From: a virus
Taxonomy: Duplodnaviria; Caudoviricetes
IMG/VR virus record: IMGVR_UViG_3300017761_001092
Location: 1 to 45,454 of that record
DNA length: 45,454 nucleotides
Direction: 5' to 3' (one strand)
In this document: positions 39,002 to 45,454 of the stretch, piece by piece
How positions within the stretch are numbered: the first letter of the stretch is position 1
Layout: each line of letters begins with the position of its first letter
Notes under the pieces: generated by a model
Told to the model about the DNA's origin: nothing
The model's database searches: none
What the model saw: only the letters and a program-made list of their open reading frames with translations
Position numbers and translations under genes: made by a program

Positions 39002-39556
39002 ATGCCGCAGAGAATCGACATGGCTAAGTTCATATTGAACTCAGAGGCTAGGAGAGACAAGCAAGGTAACCTAAAGGTTTATGATCTTCCCGCTGCTGAT
39101 GGAGGTGGGTCGTATGAGGTTGCCGGAATCAATGATCGCTACCACCCAGAGGCTGCTAGGAAGCTTAAGAACCTTATCTCTGAGGGTAAGCAATGGGAAG
39201 CTGAAGAATACGCTAAGGCTTATTTGATGGACTACACGGACGTTGCTGCTAACTGGACACGTAACCCTGCTGTTGAGGCATTCCTTCGTGACACTGTATT
39301 TAATCGTGGAGCTAAGGGTGCGCTGAGAGTCTTGCAGATTGCGCTTGGAGTTGCTGACGATGGCAAGTGGGGGCCGATTACTCAGGCGGCTATGGGTAAT
39401 GGGACACCAGCAGAGCTATTGGAGAAACTTCGTAAAGCCAGAGAGACATATGAGATCCGTGTTGCCCCTCCGGTGGGAGCTAGGAAACAGTTCTGGACTG
39501 GTCTTCAGAACAGGTGGGACAATGCATTAAGGTTCAGTAAGGAGTTTATTGTTTAA
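39002..39556 (+). CDS. endolysin, GH108-like with peptidoglycan-binding segment
   Basis: SE...DGGG..AGIN; DTVFNRG; LQIALGVADDGKWGPIT; FWTGLQNRW. Confidence 0.85.
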   Translation: MPQRIDMAKFILNSEARRDKQGNLKVYDLPAADGGGSYEVAGINDRYHPEAARKLKNLISEGKQWEAEEYAKAYLMDYTDVAANWTRNPAVEAFLRDTVFNRGAKGALRVLQIALGVADDGKWGPITQAAMGNGTPAELLEKLRKARETYEIRVAPPVGARKQFWTGLQNRWDNALRFSKEFIV

Positions 39557-39561
39557 CAATT

Positions 39562-39714
39562 ATGACAGATAAAAATAACAATCAAGATGGAGACGTTCTC
39601 TATTTACAAAAAGAAAACTTAAAGCTAAAAGAGATTATACGGCAGTGCCTAAAGGCTAGGCAGATTGCCCATGTGAAACAAATCATCCGAGAAGCACTTA
39701 CAAAGGAAATTTAA
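39562..39714 (+). CDS. small hypothetical protein (50 aa, not in ORF track)
   Basis: MTDKNNNQDGDVLYLQKENLKLKEIIRQCL...; fills the gap with tight spacing. Confidence 0.55.
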   Translation: MTDKNNNQDGDVLYLQKENLKLKEIIRQCLKARQIAHVKQIIREALTKEI

Positions 39715-39715
39715 T

Positions 39716-39892
39716 ATGAATAAAGAATCAACTCAAAGACGTGTATTTCTGATCAAGAAAGATAGCAAGCCTAACGTTGTTGAACAGCAGGTTGTACAAG
39801 ATCAACCTAAGATCGAAGTTGTTGAGGTTAAGAAGCCAGTTGCACAAGTCAAAACACGCTCAAGCTACCTAGATAACCTTTCAAGACTATGA
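39716..39892 (+). CDS. small hypothetical protein (58 aa, not in ORF track)
   Basis: MNKESTQRRVFLIKKD...; ATGA overlap with the next gene. Confidence 0.55.
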   Translation: MNKESTQRRVFLIKKDSKPNVVEQQVVQDQPKIEVVEVKKPVAQVKTRSSYLDNLSRL

Positions 39893-40656
39893 GCTGGAAA
39901 GATAGAGCAATGGAGATGATTTATGGCGACTCGTCTCCATCGCTTGACGATGCTCAATATTCTAAAAATGTAAGAAAGCATAGGCGTGATGTTCTTTTAT
40001 CTGGGTTTGATCCAGAAGGATTTGATTACGACTATCAAAACGCAGAGAAGGCTGGAATAAAACCGGAGCCAATGGGGTATAACAAAGGCCACATGGGATC
40101 AGTTGCTCAAGTTACTCCAGAAATATATGACAAGTACAAGAAAGAAGGGCTTCCTAAAGGTGAAGCGTATATGCTTTTAAAGGGAGCGGCGCATCCCACA
40201 CACCAAATGGCTATGGATGCAGAGGCTGAACGTGGATTTGAAGTTAAGAAGTTTGGCGATAGATACTTTTCTGTGCCTAAAAAGTTACCATATGATGAAC
40301 GGGTTCCGTTTGAATCGGAAGATAAGTTTTTTAAATCAAGACCAGAGGTTGCTGGAATGGCTGCTGAAGATGACAGAATTGTAATGAATCCATACAGCAA
40401 ACTTTCCAAGCAAGAGCAAGATGCTGTAAGGAGAAACGAAGCATACAGAATATATATGCGTCAGAATAATATCGCTCCAGATTTTGATATAACTAATGAT
40501 CAATCAAAGTTCTTTGAGAATACTGAGTATGCCGGAAGTCCAGATAAGATGAGGCAAACAATAGCTGCAAGAATTTTAACTGGAGATAGAAGTGTATCTC
40601 CAACAAAACAACAAATCGAATGGGCTAAAGCTCTACAAAAGAAAGCAGGATTTTAA
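39889..40656 (+). CDS. hypothetical protein
   Basis: 255-aa ORF, apparently two domains. Confidence 0.65.
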   Translation: MSWKDRAMEMIYGDSSPSLDDAQYSKNVRKHRRDVLLSGFDPEGFDYDYQNAEKAGIKPEPMGYNKGHMGSVAQVTPEIYDKYKKEGLPKGEAYMLLKGAAHPTHQMAMDAEAERGFEVKKFGDRYFSVPKKLPYDERVPFESEDKFFKSRPEVAGMAAEDDRIVMNPYSKLSKQEQDAVRRNEAYRIYMRQNNIAPDFDITNDQSKFFENTEYAGSPDKMRQTIAARILTGDRSVSPTKQQIEWAKALQKKAGF

Positions 40657-40657
40657 T

Positions 40658-40942
40658 ATGAGCGATGCAATTAAATCAGCAATGAAGAGGCTTGGCGTGT
40701 CAGGTTTAAACAAACCTAAACGAACGCCTGGAGCGGCAAAGTCCCATGTAGTTCTTGTGAATGATAACGGAAAACCAAGAACGATTAGGTTCGGGCAACA
40801 GGGGGTATCTGGATCTCCTAAACGCGAAGGAGAATCTGAGGCAGACCGCAAACGCAGAGCATCATTCAAAGCTCGTCATGCAAAGAATATCGCTAAGGGA
40901 AAAACATCTGCTGCGTATTGGGCAAATAAAGTGAAGTGGTAA
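40658..40942 (+). CDS. small basic phage protein
   Basis: ATG 40658; NKPKRTP, IRFGQQG, RRASFKARH and SAAYWA..W motifs recalled from a widespread phage family (family name not confirmed). Confidence 0.7.
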   Translation: MSDAIKSAMKRLGVSGLNKPKRTPGAAKSHVVLVNDNGKPRTIRFGQQGVSGSPKREGESEADRKRRASFKARHAKNIAKGKTSAAYWANKVKW

Positions 40943-41010
40943 AGCGAATTACGCAGTCTCATTAAAATTCTTTTTGACTTGTTCACATTTATTGTTAGCA
41001 TTCTATCAAC

Positions 41011-41298
41011 ATGAAGCGAATCTTCATCAAAATTGACGGAGCAAAGTGGAAAGTTCTTTTCAAGAAACCATCTCCCAACGATTACATCGGCATTGAGGAA
41101 GACGACATCGGCCTTTGTGTCTCTGAAGAGAAGAAAATATTCGTAACGCCAGATCCAGACCATGTACTCGGAACTTCAATTCACGAAGTTCTTCACGCTG
41201 TATTCCCGCAGCTTAATGAGGATGCGATTATCGCCGGAGAAGAGGCACTAATGCAGTTGCTAAATAAATTCCCAAACGAACTTCTATATGAGTCTTAA
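41011..41298 (+). CDS. small HEXXH metallopeptidase-like protein
   Basis: GLC...IFV...TSIHEVLHA; upstream TTGACT-N16-TAGCAT. Confidence 0.7.
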   Translation: MKRIFIKIDGAKWKVLFKKPSPNDYIGIEEDDIGLCVSEEKKIFVTPDPDHVLGTSIHEVLHAVFPQLNEDAIIAGEEALMQLLNKFPNELLYES

Positions 41299-41518
41299 AT
41301 ACGAACAATATAATTCTTTAGTTAAAACACAGAAGTTTCTACGTGATCTTCTATACACTGACACTCGCCCTAAGAAAGTGTCTGAACTGAAAGCAAGAGC
41401 ATATAGTTGTCTCCGTCACTTCCCTCATTTAAGGGAAACTGGCGAGCCAATGTTTAGCCGAGATGATTTTCCGTGTCCAATAATTCAACCCATAAACGAA
41501 CATGACAGCAATAAATAA
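41288..41518 (+). CDS. hypothetical protein
   Basis: 76-aa ORF overlapping both neighbours; CLRHFP motif. Confidence 0.6.
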   Translation: MSLKYEQYNSLVKTQKFLRDLLYTDTRPKKVSELKARAYSCLRHFPHLRETGEPMFSRDDFPCPIIQPINEHDSNK

Positions 41519-42236
41519 ACAATGGAAGAGGTGGATGGCAGTTAGCTGCTCGCACGGAGATCATATTGACCCAGAGGCCAGGGACGCTGTATTGTCGTTT
41601 AAGGAGCGTTTCAAGCCAAATACTACCATCCATCTAGGAGACTTCATTGACGCAGCGGCGGCCCGTTCTGGAGCAATGAATGACCCTAACGCTTCGGACA
41701 GGGCGGCATCGGTAGCTGAAGATCTTTCTGCGGGTGTTGATTTTTTGCAGGAGCTTCGGCCAAATCATATCCTATATGGCAACCATGAGGACAGATTGTT
41801 CCGCCTGGCTAACTCACCTAACGCTCTGGCTGCTCACGCCGCGACTCTAGTTATTCAGGAGATTGAGAAGACAGCTAGGTCACTCAAGGCTCGGACGTAT
41901 CCATATGATATGCAAAATCATCCTATAATTGGTGGCACACGCTTTATCCACGGATTCATGTACAACGTGGCTGCCATCAGAGATCATGCGGAGACGTTTG
42001 GGACGTGCGTGATGGGGCATATCCACCGCACTGGTATTGAGCAAGCGAGAACGCTTGATGGAGCTACTGGATACTCTATTGGTATGCTTATGAGGTTCGG
42101 CGCTGACTATGCCAAGACGAAACGCCAGACGTTGGCTTGGACGCAGGGATTTGGTTACGGATATTACACAGACACACAGATCACAATAAACCTATGCGAA
42201 AGAAAACGCTCAAACCCTTGGATGTTGCCGCTATAA
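41502..42236 (+). CDS. calcineurin-like metallophosphoesterase
   Basis: CSHG, LGDFID, GNHEDR, HG and GHIHR motifs. Confidence 0.9.
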   Translation: MTAINKQWKRWMAVSCSHGDHIDPEARDAVLSFKERFKPNTTIHLGDFIDAAAARSGAMNDPNASDRAASVAEDLSAGVDFLQELRPNHILYGNHEDRLFRLANSPNALAAHAATLVIQEIEKTARSLKARTYPYDMQNHPIIGGTRFIHGFMYNVAAIRDHAETFGTCVMGHIHRTGIEQARTLDGATGYSIGMLMRFGADYAKTKRQTLAWTQGFGYGYYTDTQITINLCERKRSNPWMLPL

Positions 42237-42457
42237 GTTCTGCTTGGGAGGAATTATTCACTCAAAACAAGGCTCATACGATTGAGTCACTAAGGAAAGA
42301 GGGATGGATTTCTGTCATTGAAATTGCATCTAAAATAAATAAATCACGTTGTGCTACAAAAAATGCAATGGATAAGGCTGGACTTGAACACAAGAATTTT
42401 CATGTAACTATTGATGGTTGTGTCAGAAAGACTGGGTTCTTTAAGCTGAAAAATTGA
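42194..42457 (+). CDS. hypothetical protein, possible HTH
   Basis: ATG 42194; EGWISVIEIASKINKSR. Confidence 0.5.
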   Translation: MRKKTLKPLDVAAISSAWEELFTQNKAHTIESLRKEGWISVIEIASKINKSRCATKNAMDKAGLEHKNFHVTIDGCVRKTGFFKLKN

Positions 42458-42489
42458 AAGGTGGAGAAGGTTTTATCCCTCTCCACCCC
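42452..42489 (-). terminator. terminator hairpin at the convergence point
   Basis: GGTGGAGA/TCTCCACC stem between convergent operons, with a T-rich tail on the minus strand. Confidence 0.6.
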
Positions 42490-42534
42490 ACAATGAACAC
42501 ACAAGCATAGGCCAAAAAGCCCAGCGACAAGAAT

Positions 42535-42939
42535 CTATTTTATTGTTTCCCAATAGTCAATGGGATAATTAATTTCTATTTCTGTTTTTTCGTTGTCGAA
42601 TCCTTTGACTTTTTCTTGCTCGACTTGGAGCTTGATTGTCCACGGGTTGTCTTCAGGTAGGAGTCCAGCGTGTCGCAGGCCATCGAGTAGATTCTTTGTT
42701 GAAGCTGCGGCGTTGTCTGGATCAAGACACCGGACTCGGAACAGAGTGAAGCGGACTTCAATGCGCCCAACAGCGCGTCCCAGGCTATGTTCTTTTCCTT
42801 GTATTGGACTGCCCAGTGTTGTCGCATGGTCTTGTTCAACGATGGTGTTCTGTATAGGACTGTTAGTTTTAGTTGCATTGGCTTGGATGAATGATTTAGA
42901 TGCGTTAGGAAATGCTAGTAGTAGTTCTTTCTGAGTCAT
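42535..42939 (-). CDS. RusA-like Holliday junction resolvase (catalytic frame)
   Basis: LDPDN...KNLLDGLRHAGLLPEDN...TEIEI; ATG 42939 overlaps the HNH stop (ATGA). Confidence 0.75.
   Translation of the reverse strand: MTQKELLLAFPNASKSFIQANATKTNSPIQNTIVEQDHATTLGSPIQGKEHSLGRAVGRIEVRFTLFRVRCLDPDNAAASTKNLLDGLRHAGLLPEDNPWTIKLQVEQEKVKGFDNEKTEIEINYPIDYWETIK
42576..42878 (-). CDS. overprinted ORF encoding a RusA-type N-terminus
   Basis: MQLKLTVLYRTPSLNKTMRQHWAVQYKEK..W; open for 100 codons in the +1 frame. Confidence 0.55.
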   Translation of the reverse strand: MQLKLTVLYRTPSLNKTMRQHWAVQYKEKNIAWDALLGALKSASLCSESGVLIQTTPQLQQRIYSMACDTLDSYLKTTRGQSSSKSSKKKSKDSTTKKQK

Positions 42940-43223
42940 AGTATGTATCCATTTTCCTTGGCCCAAGCTGGATTGTTGTGAATTTCAGTATGACAAAATC
43001 TACAGGTCGACAGGAATGTATCTTTGTTGCACAGGTTCTTACCTCGCTTCGCCATGTGGTGAATATCACTAGCATCAAGACCGCAGATCTCGCAATATGG
43101 ATTCCTTGCAAAGTGTTCCTTCCTTGCCTGCGAGTATTGCTTTAGTTCCTTAGAATGCCTTTCAGATACCTTATTCATTGGTTTCTTCGATGTTAGTCTA
43201 CTTCTTCTTTTTAACAGGCTCAT
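42936..43223 (-). CDS. HNH endonuclease
   Basis: CEIC...DIHH...TCRFCHTEIH. Confidence 0.85.
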   Translation of the reverse strand: MSLLKRRSRLTSKKPMNKVSERHSKELKQYSQARKEHFARNPYCEICGLDASDIHHMAKRGKNLCNKDTFLSTCRFCHTEIHNNPAWAKENGYIL

Positions 43224-43401
43224 AATATGACTCCATACTTTTCAGCACTTCGAGGCATTCGCTATTCTCGATTGGCGATTGAACGCATTTCGGAAACTCT
43301 TTACCTCTCATGTGCATATCTCCTAACTTGTTTAGTTTAAACGGAGAGACGAATACTTTCATCTCCCCATTCTCAAGACCAATGAACGGAATTAGATCCA
43401 T
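43198..43401 (-). CDS. hypothetical protein
   Basis: 67-aa ORF in the leftward operon. Confidence 0.55.
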   Translation of the reverse strand: MDLIPFIGLENGEMKVFVSPFKLNKLGDMHMRGKEFPKCVQSPIENSECLEVLKSMESYYEPVKKKK

Positions 43402-43405
43402 TCCA

Positions 43406-43666
43406 TTAGTCTAGTTGCGATAGTATTCTTGTTAACCATTCTTCTTTGTTTTGTTTTTTAGGTTTGCTCTTGACCTTTGACTTACGGACTCGTTTGTTTC
43501 TGTAGATGTCAGGTATTGCGCTATGATCCGCAAGTATCTCGTGTGTAATTGTCTTATGTTTCTTGGGACAATACCTTATCCTGCGGACAAAGCAAACGCC
43601 AAAATTTGTTTCCAGCGTCCTAGTATCTTTGACATCTGTATCCTTACCACACTTATGACATTTCAT
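43406..43666 (-). CDS. NrdR N-terminal-like zinc-ribbon protein
   Basis: MKCHKCG..TDVKDTR...RRIRYC...HKTITHE. Confidence 0.7.
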   Translation of the reverse strand: MKCHKCGKDTDVKDTRTLETNFGVCFVRRIRYCPKKHKTITHEILADHSAIPDIYRNKRVRKSKVKSKPKKQNKEEWLTRILSQLD

Positions 43667-43985
43667 TTGATCCAAAAAATAATGCCTGCTCCAGCTTTTC
43701 TATACGATCTGCATCTTCCTTTGCGTTCTTCCGTAGAGACTTAATCACTCCAACAAGTTCATCACGCTCTGATTCAATCCGCTGGTTTGCTCGCATCAGA
43801 TCGTTAGCGTTTTGATGTATCGTTGCTCCGGCTACCAATCGTTGCTGGACTATAGCTCGCAGCTCATTGCGCTCACGCTCCAGCTCGCGGGTGTGTTGCA
43901 GCATTACCTCAAGGTAAACTGGGTTGTTTGGGTTTTCGGCCAATAGGGAATTGTAAAGCCCGTCTGTGTCTGGCGTGTCACTCAC
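43653..43985 (-). CDS. hypothetical coiled-coil phage protein
   Basis: MSDTPDTD...RELERERNE; GTG start. Confidence 0.65.
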   Translation of the reverse strand: MSDTPDTDGLYNSLLAENPNNPVYLEVMLQHTRELERERNELRAIVQQRLVAGATIHQNANDLMRANQRIESERDELVGVIKSLRKNAKEDADRIEKLEQALFFGSNEMS

Positions 43986-44155
43986 TTTGTATCCCCCTTA
44001 ATTCTTTCAAGTTCGGCTCGTAGTGACTGAACCTCTGCTCGCAGTGAGTCAATCTCACACTGAGCCAGTAGACTGTAGTTTACTTCTAACGTGTCATCAT
44101 CACGCTTGAGGTGGCGGATTGATATATCTCCCACATATTCCGGTATGTCTTCCAT
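43982..44155 (-). CDS. small hypothetical protein (57 aa, not in ORF track)
   Basis: MEDIPEYVGDISIRHLKRDDDTLEVNY...; GTGA overlap with the next gene. Confidence 0.55.
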   Translation of the reverse strand: MEDIPEYVGDISIRHLKRDDDTLEVNYSLLAQCEIDSLRAEVQSLRAELERIKGDTK

Positions 44156-44156
44156 G

Positions 44157-44555
44157 TTAGTCTTTCTTCAAGAGTTCCTCTACGATTTGTTCAGCTACAT
44201 CATGCAGCGATGGGTATGCGAGCATATTGAATGACTTCCCATGCTTGGCGATGAATGTCTCCCAGTCCTCCCGCTCTGACTTGGTGAGCTTTGTTTTTGT
44301 TGGTCTTGCCTCTCCAGCCTTACGGATGATGTCCATTATGCTGTCAGCCTTGTTGTGCATGGCAGCTTGGATTTCAGCTTTGTTAGGATGTACGCAGACT
44401 CGAATGCTGGTGCAGCCTGGTGATACCTTAACGAGCCAGTAGCCTTCTTCAAGACCATAGTATGCGTTAGGGTCGTTGACTGGGATATATCGCTTCCCTT
44501 GTTTGCGGTAGAGTATATCTGACTCTGCTTGTGCTATGCGTGTTTGTGCGTTCAT
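44157..44555 (-). CDS. hypothetical protein
   Basis: Start at ATG 44555 (MNAQTRIAQ), 9 nt after a -10 box; LYRKQGKRYIPV. Confidence 0.65.
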   Translation of the reverse strand: MNAQTRIAQAESDILYRKQGKRYIPVNDPNAYYGLEEGYWLVKVSPGCTSIRVCVHPNKAEIQAAMHNKADSIMDIIRKAGEARPTKTKLTKSEREDWETFIAKHGKSFNMLAYPSLHDVAEQIVEELLKKD

Positions 44556-44564
44556 GCAAAAAAT

Positions 44565-44596
44565 ATCTTGCACTAAATCTAGTGGTGTGTCAATAT
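44565..44596. promoter_or_regulatory. overlapping divergent promoters with a central inverted repeat
   Basis: Plus strand TTGCAC-N17-CAATAT; minus strand TTGACA-N17-CAAGAT; CACTA-aatc-TAGTG at 44571-44584. Confidence 0.6.
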
Positions 44597-44605
44597 CTGA
44601 TTCCC

Positions 44606-44779
44606 ATGAAACACACATTCATCTACCTTGGCCGTGAGGTCAAGATCTCAGGCAACGATGTCTCCATCTACAATCAAGATGGAAGCATTGATAAACTCAC
44701 ACTGAAACCATTGCAGGATTACGATAGTGCTGAAGACTTCGTGAAGAATTACATCACCCTGTCTATTGTTAAACAATAA
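44606..44779 (+). CDS. small hypothetical protein
   Basis: ATG 44606, 9 nt after a -10 box; 57 aa. Confidence 0.6.
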   Translation: MKHTFIYLGREVKISGNDVSIYNQDGSIDKLTLKPLQDYDSAEDFVKNYITLSIVKQ

Positions 44780-44794
44780 ACCAGAAAAACACTA

Positions 44795-45454
44795 ATGTGG
44801 ATACTACCATCACAACTCTTGAAATGTGCGCCGGATATGGAGGCATTGGACTTGGACTCAAAAACATCTTTGGCGAGCGATTGCGAACCATTGCATATTG
44901 TGAGCTTGAGGGGTTCGCTCAAGCCAATCTCATCAGTAAGATGGAAAAAGGACTCTTGGATGCAGCACCTATATGGAGCGATCTTAAAACCTTCCCATAC
45001 AAATCGTTTCACGGACTGGTGGACATCCTCATTGCGGGATACCCATGTCAGCCATTTAGCGCAGCAGGAAAAAGAGCAGGTAAAGAAGACCCAAGACATC
45101 TTTGGCCTTGGATCGCAGACGGAATTCGACTTCTTCAACCAAAAATGTGCTTCTTCGAGAATGTCGAAGGACACATCAGCCTTGGACTCCGAGAAGTCAT
45201 TGGAGAGCTGGAATCAATCGGTTACAAAGCGGCGTGGGGAATATTTAGCGCGGCTGAAGTCGGCGCACCGCATCAGCGCAAGAGGGTCTTCATCCTGGCC
45301 TACGATAAGAGCCAGCGAATACAAGGACACTGGGCCGATTGGCTCCAAGAGCCACGACCACATGCTGGGCAAGGGCTACCTCTGCGCGGTGGTGACGCAG
45401 GATGCGGCGAATTGGCCGACGCCTTGTGCAATGGAGGCAGAGAAGGCGGGCCTA
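44795..45454 (+). CDS. overprinted ORF in the +1 frame of dcm with WPT(P) motifs; putative second methyltransferase subunit (3'-truncated)
   Basis: ATG 44795, no stop for 220 codons: MWILPSQLL...SSWPTIRASEYKD...NWPTPCAMEAEK. Confidence 0.7.
   Translation, partial: MWILPSQLLKCAPDMEALDLDSKTSLASDCEPLHIVSLRGSLKPISSVRWKKDSWMQHLYGAILKPSHTNRFTDWWTSSLRDTHVSHLAQQEKEQVKKTQDIFGLGSQTEFDFFNQKCASSRMSKDTSALDSEKSLESWNQSVTKRRGEYLARLKSAHRISARGSSSWPTIRASEYKDTGPIGSKSHDHMLGKGYLCAVVTQDAANWPTPCAMEAEKAGL
44797..45454 (+). CDS. dcm: C5 cytosine DNA methyltransferase, catalytic chain (3'-truncated, not in ORF track)
   Basis: GTG start; CAGYGG (motif I), AGYPCQPFS (IV), FENV (VI), GAPHQRKRVF (VIII). Confidence 0.9.
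   Translation, partial: MDTTITTLEMCAGYGGIGLGLKNIFGERLRTIAYCELEGFAQANLISKMEKGLLDAAPIWSDLKTFPYKSFHGLVDILIAGYPCQPFSAAGKRAGKEDPRHLWPWIADGIRLLQPKMCFFENVEGHISLGLREVIGELESIGYKAAWGIFSAAEVGAPHQRKRVFILAYDKSQRIQGHWADWLQEPRPHAGQGLPLRGGDAGCGELADALCNGGREGGP

Noticed and set aside
44749-45174. 141-aa minus-strand ORF in the ORF track
   Set aside because: Antisense to the clear dcm gene, which the track missed because it runs off the window
1-45454. Stop-codon reassignment
   Set aside because: Long genes are intact under the standard code, and TAA, TGA and TAG all serve as stops

Overview
This window is part of a tailed dsDNA bacteriophage genome. It is probably podovirus-like, since it has no tape-measure gene but does have a cluster of putative ejection proteins ending in a 3323-aa protein. 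In order it holds: tail/adaptor and collagen/LamG fibre genes (1-7.4 kb); putative internal virion proteins and a giant polyvalent protein with PRTase, C5 DNA methyltransferase and HEXXH peptidase domains (7.5-19.8 kb); a glycosyltransferase/methyltransferase cluster around an inverted terminase large subunit (19.8-25.2 kb); portal, scaffold and major capsid (25.2-31.5 kb); more fibre genes (31.9-37.7 kb); lysis genes (38.0-39.6 kb); accessory genes including a metallophosphoesterase; a leftward operon (RusA-like, HNH, Zn-ribbon); and a truncated C5 methyltransferase at the right edge. The main candidates for follow-up are two enzymes apparently split across overlapping reading frames (Dcm and RusA-like), a possibly virion-delivered methyltransferase, a multi-stem pseudoknotted leader upstream of the capsid gene, and a putative glycosylation module with a shared domain. 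All calls come from reading motifs by eye; no database searches were run.
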